DNA of 62,947 nt, filler included, from Nemertoderma westbladi (Eukaryota; Animalia; Xenacoelomorpha), in NCBI GenBank assembly GCA_032718475.1. It is 3 parts of 3 records of this genome, joined end to end, with 100 filler letters (N's around TTAATTAATTAA, not from the genome) between each part and the next. Parts side by side here need not be neighbours in the genome. Positions count along the whole stretch, not along the records: positions 26,817 to 54,243 come from JAUCBJ010007934.1; 2 more parts are not named here. One strand, 5' to 3'. The position numbers were made by a program, and so were the translations under genes. The notes under the pieces are model-generated. The model was not told the DNA's origin. It did no database searches and saw only the letters and a program-made list of their open reading frames with translations. Shown one piece after another: positions 38,636-50,735 of the stretch (position 1 is its first letter; each line of letters starts with the position of its first letter).

Positions 38636-41600
38636 TGTTTAGTCCTTCAGTATCTTTACAGTAGGCAGATAGGTTTGCAGTCTGACAGTACGTTTGAGCT
38701 GCGTTCTGGCAGCAGTCTGCACTTGTAAGTATACAACAGGTAGAGTTACCGGTACCATCAGCTGCAGACAAACTTGTTGGTGTTAGTACTGTTAGGTCCC
38801 CAATGTCCTTAGAGTTTTATCCAGTTTAAGGATATAATTTATAAAATGCAATAACAGAATCTAACACCCCTACTCGTCATAATTCACCCATAACTGCGAA
38901 ACCAGTTTATAGTTGGTATAATCTTGTCACTCTGATTCTAATAGTCCCATGCTCTCCTTTCGCATCATAGCAAAAGTCTACTCCTTTGGTCTTCTCCTTT
39001 GGAAGCGTTAGAATGTCAGCCCACATATATTCAGTTGGGCAGTAGATGATCGATATTGACCCATTTCTAACCAACTCTCTTATATGGTGGTGCTTAAGCT
39101 TAATATCGATGTATTACTGCTGTCATCCAGCATTGGGTGACAGGGTTCTTACCCATCGCAATAGCCCCTTGATTTTCCTCGAATATGGTCATACCATCTC
39201 CGTGTGGTACCTTCATCTCAGCGAAGAGTGATCGAATTGCAACTGCCTCTTGTCCTGCTTGTGACAGAGAAACAAATTCTGCCTCCGATGTAGACAGTGC
39301 AACACTCTGTTGTTTTCGTGAAGCCCATGATATGGCTCCTCCATGTTTGGTTAATTTGATGATATAGCCTCATGTTGACTTGTGGTCATTGATGTCTCCA
39401 TCATAATCAGCATCGCTGTATGCGTGTAGTTTGAGATCCCCTGGATCATTCCTGAAGGTCAGTTTCTCATTGATTGTCCCCTTCAGGTATCTTAGACACC
39501 TCTTGCCAGTGGCCCAGTGTCATTCATATGGGTTGGAACAGAACTTTGCCAGTGTACTTACTGTGAAGGAGATATATCAGGTCAGGTATTGCCAGATGTG
39601 TATAATAACTCTCCCACTAATGACTTGTAGTTTGCTGCCAAGTCATTGTTTACTGGATCTGTATGCTTCTTCAATACGTTACCTTCGGAAAGCGGTGTAC
39701 CCACTGTCTTGCAGTCAGCTAACCTGAACTTCTCAGCCAGTCACTCAATGTAGCTATATTGGTCAATGGTAATGATGCCCTCCCATTCCAGATGGACTCT
39801 CATACCAAGAAACCACCTTAGTTCACCTCGATCATCTATCTCGAAGCATTCACATACTGCCTCTATTATTACTATCTGTGTGGAATCTGGGATTCCAGCT
39901 CCTACTATGTCATCCACCCAAATTAAAACCAATTCGGGCATTTGGGTGGTTATCCATGTATAGACAACTGTCAGATTTACAATGTGTCAGGCCGTAACCT
40001 ACCAGAAACTCATTGAGTTCATCATTCCAGTTTGCACCTGCTTGTTTGAGCCCATACAGATATTTTTTTAACCTACAATATAGGTTGATATCTTGTTGTC
40101 CATGTTGTTTTTCAAAACCTTGTGGTTGCTCCACATATATTTCCTCCTTTATGTTGCTCTGCAAGTAGGCTGACTTCATATCAATTTGTCGTAGGGTAAG
40201 GTTCTCCTGAGCAGCAACAGCTATCATTATTTTCACTGTTTCTCATTTGGCAGTTGGGGCGAATGTTTCTTTGTAGTCAACACCAGCAACTTGTGAGAAT
40301 CCCCTTGAGACAAAAACGAGCCTTATAGCGCTGATGTACTTCTTCATTTTATCTCGTTTCAACTTATATCACCATTTCCCACTTACTGGTTTTTGCCCTT
40401 GCAGTAGTGGGCATAGCTTCCAAGTCTGATTCTTTGAAAGAGACTTGTATTCATCTTTCATGCTGCTTTTCATTTAGCAGCATCTTTGATGTTGATAGCT
40501 TTGTTATAATTCCACGGTTCCCCATCTGGAGATGGTATCAGGTATGTTGAATTTAGAGCCTCTATTTCATCTTATGATAGCCAGTCACCATAGCAATTTG
40601 GTTGATATATGTTTCTCTAACATTAGATGAAGTTTTTCCTAATTTATTTCCATAAGAATATTGTTGTCTATCAGGGTTAGGTGAATGTTTAACCTCAGCA
40701 CCACCTCCCCTCACCCAACATTAAGAAAAGTCGTGGTCCTTCTTATGGAAATTAGTGCATCGACTTGGCTTAGAGTCGCTTCTCTCTCATTGCTTCCTTT
40801 ACCGGTGGACAGTCTATCTTGAAATGTCCGGCCTGTTTACATATAAAACATTTTCCCCGAGGTTTGGAAGCCCTCCAACTTTGTGCATTGGCCGCAATAG
40901 GCCTTCCTGTACTGCTGTTACTGGATTCAGATTTTGCTAATTTGTAGCTTTGGAAATCGCAGAAACTAATTAAAGCAGCATGGGTTTCTTCAACTGTCAA
41001 AATTTCATTAAAATTACTGGCTGTCACAAAACCGTCATATATTCTAGGGAGGCCATTCAAAACTGTGTTCATTAAAAGTGTATCGTATTGAATTGGATTG
41101 GCTTACGTACCATTCTCCAACAGATATAATGAGATTTCCTGGGCTCTTGTTAGGTAATCGTCCACAGACTCACTCTGTTTCAATTGGAGGGACAACAAGT
41201 CCGACATCAATCCAATAATTCGGCGCTTCTCTGCACCCCTAAATCTGTTGTACATCTTCCACCAGCCCAGGCTAACAAACCGTCGCCACGGCACTCGTTC
41301 TTTATGTACATGACTGATTGCTTTTCCAGATAGAGGACCATCTCGCACCATAATTGGTTTTTGTCATCTAAGAACTTTGCCAAAGCATTTTCCGCCTGAC
41401 GTTTTATTGCCTCGAATTGGTTGCGCTCCGCATCATTACCAAACACGTCTGGTGTGTCTGGTAATCATGGTTCCGCTACTTCACTGAATAAAACCTTATT
41501 CAGCTTTTTGATTGTTGCATGTGCCAGGAACTTCTTCCAGTAAGTGAAGTCATTCGCCTTACCACTGAGCATAAGTGATTCCTACCAGTCATGTTTAGTG

Positions 41601-41809
41601 CTTCAGTGTCTTTACAGTAGGCAGTTAGGATTGCAGTCTGACCGTTCGTTTGAGCTGCGTTCTGGCAGCAGTCTGCACGTGTAAGTATACAACAGGTAGA
41701 GTTACCGGTACCACCAGCTGCAGACAAACTTGGTGGCATTAGAAGCCCAATGTCAAGTTTTAACCTGTTTATGGGTATAATTTATACAACGCAATAACAG
41801 AATCTAACA
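38636..41809 (-). mobile_element. Degenerate, internally deleted Ty1/Copia LTR retrotransposon
   Basis: Diverged LTRs at 41592-41809 and 38636-38866, both beginning TGTTAG on the minus strand, with PPT GAGTAGGGG. Gag knuckle CFICKQAGHFKIDC. RT motifs QIDMKSAYL..IYVEQPQGF..LYGLKQAG and WVDD, RNase H ADILT. Protease and integrase are not recognisable. Confidence 0.92.
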
Positions 41810-43239
41810 GTGCCACTGACTAATGTGTGTCCCTCATTAATTTTTCTGTCCCTGATAAATGTATGTACCTCATTAATGTTTGTGTCCCTGATTATTGTTT
41901 TTATCCTGGCCACTATGGGATTTTCTATCCATACCAAGGCTACCTGGAATACAGGCCATGCAGCGCAGATTTCACCTAAATTTGCTTAGGCTGACATTTG
42001 CTGCTGTGTTGTTCTAACATCATGCATCACAGGCAGGCCAAGCCACTGCAGTATGTTGGTAATCTGGGATGCAGTAGGACTGAGATTTTAATTTCACATT
42101 TTATACTAAATTAAAATGTAGGCCTACTTCAGTCAGAACCATACTTAGGGAGGTGGGGGTGGGTGGGTACTGGGTAGTAGTAAATCAGGATACAGGGCAC
42201 CAGCCAGCAGGGTGGTATGGCAGTGTGGTAGCGGTAGGCCTAGATCAGTAGTTGTGACGGTCTTGTGAGTAGGTCTACTGGAGTAGAGAAAGGCATGGAA
42301 GGGTTTGGTGTTATTTTGGAATAATCAGTTGGTCCTGCTATCCTGGGCCTGGCTGTTTAGCATTTAAATGGAACATACAACTGACATGATGTGTGACAGC
42401 AGGACAGTGAGGGATAAAGCAATGAAGGGTAGGCGTACGAACAACTGAAAAATGTTTTAACTGGAGCTAAATATTTACCAGTGCGGCAACTGGACAGCTA
42501 GACAGATGGCCCTGCCCGGTGGGTACCAGACTGAGTCAACCTAAAATGTATAAGTGCCACCACCGGTTTCCAGAACTGGATTAGACAGTCTGAGGTAGAA
42601 CTACAGGACTAGGCCTATGGTGAATTGTAATGTGAATGTAGAATACTGCTTTAGCCTACTGAAAGACTAATACTGAATTGATTATTATCAAGTATCGGTA
42701 TAACAGTATAAAGGAATATGGGTCAAAAGTGTAGCATTGGACGTTGTACTACTAGATATGTCACTAGACAAAGATGAAAGGTGTTACTGTAGCAACTGAA
42801 AATGCGAATATCTCAGTTTATGGATTTATGTGTGAGATGGAGGAACGATCAAAGTGGTTGGCCATGCTACCCAATATTATCATGCAAGTTACCAATTATA
42901 TGGGGGTGTGTGCCAACCACTGACCTGGCCAGCAGATGCAAAATACAAGAAGTGGTAATTTGTGGTAATTCCGTTTCTATTTGCAACGAGGAGCGCGAAG
43001 GTGCAGTGCCTTCATTTAGTATTTATTTTAATTTTAAATGTTCTTGCTTCACCTATGAAGCCTAAAGTGGTTTGTTGCAAATTCGATGTCCATCAGTTAG
43101 TAAGAATCTTACACAATATAGTGCAATGCATGAGGTAATTAATTAGATACACCAAGAATTACGATTTGTCATTCAATTCATCTAGATTGAACTTTATAAT
43201 GCGCCAAATATAACTTCTAAATACGCAGAAGAATGCCAT

Positions 43240-43650
43240 AGTTTATAATCAAAATGATCTGTGTATTGCATTATCATGGTATGCGAAATCACGGTCTTTA
43301 TATTTATTGATTCGTCAGTATATGTACCTTCCAGGCAAAAGAACATTGCAAACATTAACATCTAAGGTTAGTAATATGTCAGAAATAAACTTCCTGAAAA
43401 CTTTGATTAATTCATTGGAGGAGCGATCTAAATGGTGCATACTCCTTTTTGATGAAATCTACATGAAACCTTCACTCACATATTCTGGTGGATCAATAGT
43501 GGGGTATGCAGACAATACTGGTGATATTGCAATGACCATGATTGGTGTGATGGTAAAATTCTTGTTTACTAATCACAAGTTGTTACTTATGTTACTCCCT
43601 TGCACCAATTTAGATTCACAATTTCAATTTGATATTGTTAAGGACGAATC
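43240..43650 (+). pseudogene. P-element/THAP9-type transposase fragment
   Basis: ALSWYAKSRSLY..LPGKRTL...CILLFDEIYMKPSLTYSGGSIVGY matches the P-transposase N-terminal catalytic region. Truncated. Confidence 0.75.
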
Positions 43651-43708
43651 GACATTGTGGTATTGCTAGCCAAATTAAAGTTACTGCCATCCACAACATC
43701 GGGCGACG

Positions 43709-44237
43709 TGTGACGGGATCTGCGGATCCCGGTTTATCCGTTGGGTTTTCTATCCACGCGTCCCCGCCGTGTGTGAAAGGTAAAAGAGTTCTGATGTTGG
43801 GTAATATGTATAAAGGTATAATAGTCTGATAGTTGATATAGTATAATATGACACAACAGGTAATATATAATGGCGGTAGCGGACGGTGACAGAAGTCCCC
43901 GTTCCACCCTACTGATCTGACTGAGTAAACTGAATGAATGATTACAGGTTACTGGTTATATTGCACGGTGGCCTTATTGCTACTCAATCGATGCCTTTCC
44001 CCCCTCTGATTGGTTGATATCCCTGTTGGCACCCTTTGGAGTGTTTCCCTTCACTCCCTGTGTTCTCTCTCGGTTAGGGGTTTGGCCCCTGACCCCTATT
44101 GTGTGTGTCTCCTTTCGGGCCTATTGTCCCCGTTTACTGGGCTGACACGAGGTTGATTGGTAATCAACCTCGTGCTCCCAATATTGCTTTATGGCTCACT
44201 CTATGGGTTTGGGTTAGCAGAATTGGATAAGCTAACA
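43709..44237 (-). repeat. 3' LTR (529 bp)
   Basis: Direct repeat with 50091-50444. Minus-strand CCAAT, TATA-like and TCAGT Inr elements occur in order. PPT is adjacent. Confidence 0.85.
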
Positions 44238-45114
44238 CTCCCCCCCATGCTATCTTCCCGGTGAGAAGATAGCATCCAACTAAAGTGCGCTACAATTCCG
44301 CTGGATCCCGATCTAACATCGGGTGTGGGGTGGGTATATTTTTTCGGAGTCGGCTTTCCAGGCCGCTCCCTATGGGTATGATGTCACTACCCTCTGGCGT
44401 CTCGTGTCGGGCCGATCGTGCGCTTCTCTCACACAATTTTTGTTTCCCCAACACTCTCACCATTCTACTCCAACTCTCGCATACCCCCGGACCTCCTCGT
44501 CCCACACTCTTCCTCTCACTTCTCCTCCCCCACACTTGAATTGCGCCCACGTTCTCTTCGCACTCCGCACTATCGCTCCATCCCTCCCTGACTACCTTAT
44601 CCCTACTGACGAATCTCACCCCCCCTCCGTGCCGTCGCACTCAGGAAATGTGAAATCGTCTGGCGTCTTGCCCCTAGTGCCATAGTCACTTAGCCCCCCA
44701 GTCCCAGTAGCTAATTGAGAAAGGTTGTATGACTATAGTACTTACACCACTATCTCCGCACTCCGCACTATCACCTCTCCACTCTCTTGTCACTCCCTAA
44801 GGCTTTAATCTCTAATGTTACCCCTGTGCTATCATACTATTTACCTACTGCTTACTAACTCTAACTATCTAACTAACTCTGCTAACTACTAACTCTTACT
44901 ACTTCTAGCTCTAACTGAGAGCCTCTAACTTTCTACTGACTCTAACTCTCTACTAAGTCTAACAAACTCCTACTAACTTTCTAGTTCTACTAACTCTACT
45001 TGACTCCTCTGAGTCTACCAACTCTGCTAACTAGCTCTACTAACTCTACTCCACTGGCTCTGCTAACTCTACTCCACTAGCTCTGCTAACTCTACTCCAC
45101 TCTTCTAACTACGT

Positions 45115-46262
45115 GGCGCTTGCGGTGCCCACAACCACTCTACTATATGGCACCCTATGTGCCCTCTCTGCTCTACTCTACTACCTGGCACCCTATGTGC
45201 CCTCTCTACTACACTACTACCTCTCTAACTCTACTACCTGGCACCCTATGTGCCCTCTCTACTACACTACTACCTCTCTAACTCTACTACCTGGCACCCT
45301 ACGTGCCCGTCTCTACTCTTCTACTCACTGGTACCCTATGTACCCTCTCTACTACCTCTAACACTCTACTCTACTACCTGGCACCCTATGTGCCCTCTCT
45401 ACTCTTCTACTACCTGGCACCCAATGTGCCCGTCTCTACTCCTCTACTCCCCCTTTACGTCTCATCGCCTACACGTGACGCTCTGAGTGCCGGCAGAGTG
45501 GGTACGTTAATTATGTGAACTACTACTGACTCTACTAACTCTCTACTAACTCTACTAACTTCTTTTGTGTCCGGCACACCTCTTGTGCGCGGCACCTAAC
45601 TCTCTACTAACTCTTACTAACTCTACTACTAACTCTCTAACTCTACTACTAACTCCTTTTGTGCCCGGCACCTCTTGTGCCCGGCACCCACCCTAATTAA
45701 CATACCCTTCTCTTACATCAAACACGTCATCACGCCCGTGCCCCACTAAGTTCAGCGCATTCCCTACTAACTCTAACTGCGTGGCGCTTCCGGTGCCCAC
45801 AACCCTTCTGCTGCTACTACTAACACTCCTAACCAGCGGTACTACGTACCCTCTTACTACTCCAGCTCTCTCTACCAACTAGCGGTACTACGTACCCTCT
45901 AACTCTCTAACTAACGGTACTACGTACCCTCTTACTACTCTCTAACTAGCTAACGGTACTACGTACCCTCTAACTAACTCTTCTACTAACGGTACTACAC
46001 GTACCCTTTAACTCCTACTCTCTAACGGTACTGCGTACCCTCTAACTCTTACTCTCTAACGGTACTTACGTACCCTCTCACTACTCCAACTCCACTAACT
46101 GACGGTACTACGTACCCTCTAACTCTTACTCTAACTAGCGGTACTTACGTGCCCTCTAACTCTAACTAACTAGCGGTACTTACATACCCTCTAACTCTCT
46201 TCTACTAACGGTACTACACGTACCCTCCTACTAACTCTTCTACTAACGGTACTACACGTACC
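45115..46262. repeat. Array of short hairpin units with CTA-rich linkers inside the BEL element
   Basis: About 20 GGCAC-N5-GTGCC or GGTAC-N3-5-GTACC units separated by variable linkers. Confidence 0.8.
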
Positions 46263-46354
46263 CTCCTTTAACTAACTAACTAACTAACTAACTAATTAAC
46301 TCTTACTACCTAACTTCTACCTACTCTATTATTTAATTATTTTCTTATTTTTAA

Positions 46355-48145
46355 TTAAATAATTATTTTATATTTTGTGCGTGGGAAGGGCGTCTCGCCC
46401 TCATTCCCACCCCCCTCAGTCCAAAACTTTGGACGACTAAACACTCTCACGTGCCCCTTCTTCCGGTAGGCACTCTCCTGCTGCCCTCCTATACGTCCTC
46501 TAACTCTTCGCCACACTCTCTTCGGTGCCACCTTTGCTGGCCTCCCCCTTCGTATGTGCGCTGGCATTAGAGCCCTCGACGACCCCCGCTCGTCCCTCGG
46601 TATACGCGGTGTCTGCCCATGTAATGCCCCCTCACACTGTGTTAGCCTTGCGTGTGTATGCAACACGCCTCCTTCTACTTTCCCGACTCCCTTATGTTTG
46701 CTAATGGGCTTCTCTGCCCCTGGTCTAGTCCTTTCATATCCTTTCCCTTTCCAACACTCTCCGGATCTGTGTCCTTTTACCACACATTGATGACATAGTC
46801 CGTTTGCGTCTGTGTAGGCTACACGATCTCGTTTGGGCAACGCTTGCCAGTACTTACAACTCCTGGTCTTATGGGTTCCGTCCCGATGTAATTGACATTG
46901 GAATCCTGGATTATAGCGTTTCCTGTATAGTCCTTCACGTATCGCGCTTAGGTTTATATGTACCGATTTAATGTTTTGGTTGTCTAGACTCGGCCTACTG
47001 GGTATATTGGGATTGTGTTTATTTTTGGTGTTATTTTCTTTCTGTCCCTGCCACGGTGTGGCCCTGCCCCCAGCTAACTGTGGACTGGTAGTCCCCTGTA
47101 TGGCCGCGTGTGGTGGTGACTGTCCGCACGACCTGCTCTCGTCCAGGGAGTTCGATATTCTTGCTCCTATCGGGGTATATTGTCGATATTGTGATGGGGG
47201 AATGTCACCCTGTCCCCCCCCAGCCGGTATGTTTGGTACTGGGGTTGATGTTAATACATTGGGGCCCATACGTCTATCTCCAATAACTCCCCCCTCCCCT
47301 GGATATATGTTATGTCCCTGTGTATTATAGTCATGCTGCTGTACCGATATAGGCCTACCTACCTCTCGCCTACCTACCGGTATGTACTCCGCGACTTCCG
47401 GGTTTAATCCCGTCGTTCGCGCTACCCCATCGCCTACTCTATCTCTCCCAGCATGGCCTATAATAGTATGTGCAGTAAGGCCTACAGTATGTCCTGCAGT
47501 CTGCATGTGCCCTTCCGAACCGAAGTTTATTCTTCGCGAATCTCGAATCTCCCCGCGACTACTGCACTCTCGATCGGCAGCTATATCCCGTCGGGAAGCT
47601 TCTCTTCGATCCCCTCTCCTGTTCTCGACTTGATATCGGTACGTCCTGTACCCCTCTCTTGGCGTGCGGTGCGTTTCTCCGGGGCGACGGCAATCTCCCG
47701 AAGTTCGACCCCACCGGCTCCCTGACTCCATCTCTACTATCGACGGTCCGTTATCCGTCCTCGCACTCCTATCGTTCGTGGCGACACCTTTTCTACTATC
47801 TCCTCTTCTTCTCTTTTCAGTGCAGTATTCCGGCTCATGAGATCTCTCGTCGACCTCCCGGTTAAACTCTACTCTTCTTCTTCCCTCTTCTAATCGGGCT
47901 CGACGCTTCGTCTGCCCTCTCGCGACGTCAACCTGCCTCTCTCTGCTCGATCGCATGCCGCTGGGGACACTCGCAATCCCCCTATTACTCTCCGTCGCCG
48001 GGTGTTGCGGTTTACCTGATTCGGCCCGCGCATTATCCGCTGACGGCTGTGGGACACTCTCTGCCCCCCCTCTCTCTCTACTAACTTCTCGCGGTGGGGT
48101 GTCCGTAGCCCCCCCCCCCCCCCCACCCGCCACTTCTAACTTCAC
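46355..48145 (-). CDS. Gag-like protein, C-terminal part with BEL/Pao-type zinc knuckles
   Basis: 596-codon open frame containing CQLHRDGTHKTRSC and CHQCVVKGHRSGEC. The start is uncertain because of poly-C slippage upstream. Confidence 0.65.
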   Translation of the reverse strand: MKLEVAGGGGGGATDTPPREVSRERGGAESVPQPSADNARAESGKPQHPATESNRGIASVPSGMRSSRERQVDVARGQTKRRARLEEGRRRVEFNREVDERSHEPEYCTEKRRRGDSRKGVATNDRSARTDNGPSIVEMESGSRWGRTSGDCRRPGETHRTPREGYRTYRYQVENRRGDRREASRRDIAADRECSSRGEIRDSRRINFGSEGHMQTAGHTVGLTAHTIIGHAGRDRVGDGVARTTGLNPEVAEYIPVGRREVGRPISVQQHDYNTQGHNIYPGEGGVIGDRRMGPNVLTSTPVPNIPAGGGQGDIPPSQYRQYTPIGARISNSLDESRSCGQSPPHAAIQGTTSPQLAGGRATPWQGQKENNTKNKHNPNIPSRPSLDNQNIKSVHINLSAIREGLYRKRYNPGFQCQLHRDGTHKTRSCKYWQALPKRDRVAYTDANGLCHQCVVKGHRSGECWKGKGYERTRPGAEKPISKHKGVGKVEGGVLHTHARLTQCEGALHGQTPRIPRDERGSSRALMPAHIRRGRPAKVAPKRVWRRVRGRIGGQQESAYRKKGHVRVFSRPKFWTEGGGNEGETPFPRTKYKIII

Positions 48146-48933
48146 TATCTCTTACTACACTTCTGCGTCCCTCTTGTGGGGCATTCTCTGCCCCCCCTCT
48201 CTCGCCACTAATCTTATGTGGTGGGGCGCCCGTAGCCCCCCCCCACCCGCCACATCTAACTTCAATATCTCTTACTTCGTCTCTACACCCCTCTCTAGTC
48301 GACGCACTGTCTCTACTACGGCTGGGTCTATTCACCCCCGCCTCTCTCTCTACTACTGCGTGGCCCATCAGGCCTACTTCGGGTTGGCTCAACCCCGCTA
48401 CCTCCTGCCTACTAACTGCGTGGCCTACCAGGCCGCCGCCTGCCGTGTTATGTACGTCCGACACGCTCATATTAATAGCACCATTCCCAATATTATTTGT
48501 TAAATCAATTAAATTGTTAGAATTTGAAACGAGATTTAAATTATTTAAATTAGAATTATTACTATTTTCAAAATTTAAATTATTATTCGAATTATTTGAA
48601 TTATTCTGAATATTTGAATTAATGTTATTATTTGAATTTAAATTTAAATAATTACTACCAGGTAAAATATTATTTGCTGCAATAAAGGGATTAGGGTTAT
48701 TTACTACGGTACTATTAACATTAATTACTTCTAACGTACTATTACTACCCCCCCCCCCCCCCCCCCGCCCGTACGGCTACACCAGTTCTGGTTCTCTCGC
48801 CCGGTGCCTGTAAGTGGGGTCTCACTCTCTGACAGTCCCAACCGTGCCAGTTCTAGTCGGCACTTCAGTTTGGCTTGATATTGCATAAGCCCCCTTAGGC
48901 GGGCATGCAAATCATCCCGCTCACGGTTTACCT

Positions 48934-50037
48934 CTATCTCTCTCTCTCTCTCTCCTCTCGTACACTCTGCTCGGCCAACTCTACCCCTCTCACAACCATC
49001 TCAGACCGCCTCGCCGGCTCATCCTCTACTCTCATCTCCCGCTCCATACGCTCCTCGACTCTCTTTCTATACACCCTCGCCGACTCTCTTAACACCTCTA
49101 TAACGGCGGCATTATCCCTCAGTTGCCGCTCTGTGCTATTCAGCTTTGCCGCTACCATTTCTAATTCATACATCAGATTTATCTCCCGCACCCTTCTTTC
49201 TTTTGCGGAGGATGTAGCAGACTTATCGGTTGCGACGGACTCCCGTCGCCCCTCCGTCCCACCAACTTTCCCCCGCCTCCCGGAACTTCCTCCGACCGAC
49301 GAGACCGAATCCTCGGGTTTAACCTCGGATTCGCCCTCCTCAGGTCTCTTCCAACCCACTAATTTTACTCCCCGGGCATCGACTAAGTATGGCCCTACGT
49401 ACACTACGCTAGGTTCCATACCCCCACATTCCCATAGTTCGATCAGTTCGTTGGCAACCCCCCTCGCTCTCTCCTCGGCTAGTTCTCTCTGCCCAGAACA
49501 CACTAGGTGATCAAAGTATCTGTTCGACTCACCTAGTCGTCTCCTCAATCTCACCTCGTCTATCTTCGCCCCTCCTTTGGCCTCTCTCAGTTGCTCCCGG
49601 GTCGCGAGGTAGGCCCGTCGAAGTCAATCAGAAACCCCGACGTCCTCGTCGCCGACCTCTCCTCCATCTCTCCGGGTCCGACGTCGTACCGACGGCCCCA
49701 CCGTCGCCGTTCCGGTGGACCGTTCGTCATCCTCGGCCTGTGGCTGGCCGGTGACATCGGTATGTCGACCCTCGCTCCGCGTCGACTCGTCTTTCTCTTC
49801 TCCTCCCTTCTCGTCTCCTTCCCTCGACTCGCTCTCCGATTGTAGACGACCCCCCACATCTTGGTTCGTCGGGTTGCTCGTTGTCGACGTGGCGTCAACC
49901 TGCGTCGACGTGGTCGGCGTAGCATCGACCGGCGTCGTGGGTTCGTATCGTCTCGCCGTGGCCTCGCGGATCGTTAGATCATCGTCCGGGGTCCGCGGCG
50001 GTGTCGTTCCTCTCTCTCGACTCATCGTGGCAGCCAC
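48934..50037 (-). CDS. Gag-like N-terminal ORFs (frameshifted)
   Basis: ORFs 49624-50037 and 48934-49554 lie directly downstream of the 5' LTR. EVKPEDSVSSVG plus a coiled coil is typical of BEL/Pao gag. Confidence 0.6.
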
Positions 50038-50090
50038 GTTGATAACAATCTATCACTGTCAGGGCAGCTGGGCGGATCTGATTCTGTCAC

Positions 50091-50444
50091 TGTGACGGGA
50101 TCTGCGGATCCCGGTTTATCCGTTGGGTTTTCTATCCACGCGTCCCCGCCGTGTGTGAAAGGTAAAAGAGTTCTGATGTTGGGTAATATGTATAAAGGTA
50201 TAATAGTCTGATAGTTGATATAGTATAATATGACACAACAGGTAATATATAATGGCGGTAGCGGACGGTGACAGAAGTCCCCGTTCCACCCTACTGATCT
50301 GACTGAGTAAACTGAATGAATGATTACAGGTTACTGGTTATATTGCACGGTGGCCTTATTGCTACTCAATCGATGCCTTTCCCCCCTCTGATTGGTTGAT
50401 ATCCCTGTTGGCACCCTTTGGAGTGTTTCCCTTCACTCCCTGTG
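50091..50444 (-). repeat. 5' LTR remnant, cut at 50444
   Basis: Matches 43709-44062, then switches abruptly to AGTAGT. Confidence 0.88.
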
Positions 50445-50735
50445 AGTAGTAATGGTTACCCCTCTTTGGCGACAGTTTAGTCCCACTTCACACCTTGGGT
50501 GTTAAGTAGGTCATTAATTAATTAATCAATTAATTAATTGGTCGATTAAACAATTAATTAATTGTTTAATCAATCGACTCGTATCAAATAATGTTGCCAA
50601 AGGCAATTTAATTTGATACAAATCAATCAGATAGGGGGACGCGAGATGAATAAATTGTACTATAACAAACGAAATATACAATACAATATACAATACATTT
50701 GTATTATTTTTGCCGTACAATAAAATGATAGAATT

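Larger units (their letters stand above)
43709..50444 (-). mobile_element. BEL/Pao-like LTR retrotransposon, non-autonomous (gag only), recent
   Basis: The 3' LTR is 43709-44237 (TG...CA on the minus strand) with a G-rich PPT at 44238-44246. The 5' LTR remnant 50091-50444 appears identical over 354 bp. Gag motifs include VKPEDSVS and CQLH..H..C...LCHQC..GH..C. No RT or integrase is present. Confidence 0.85.
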
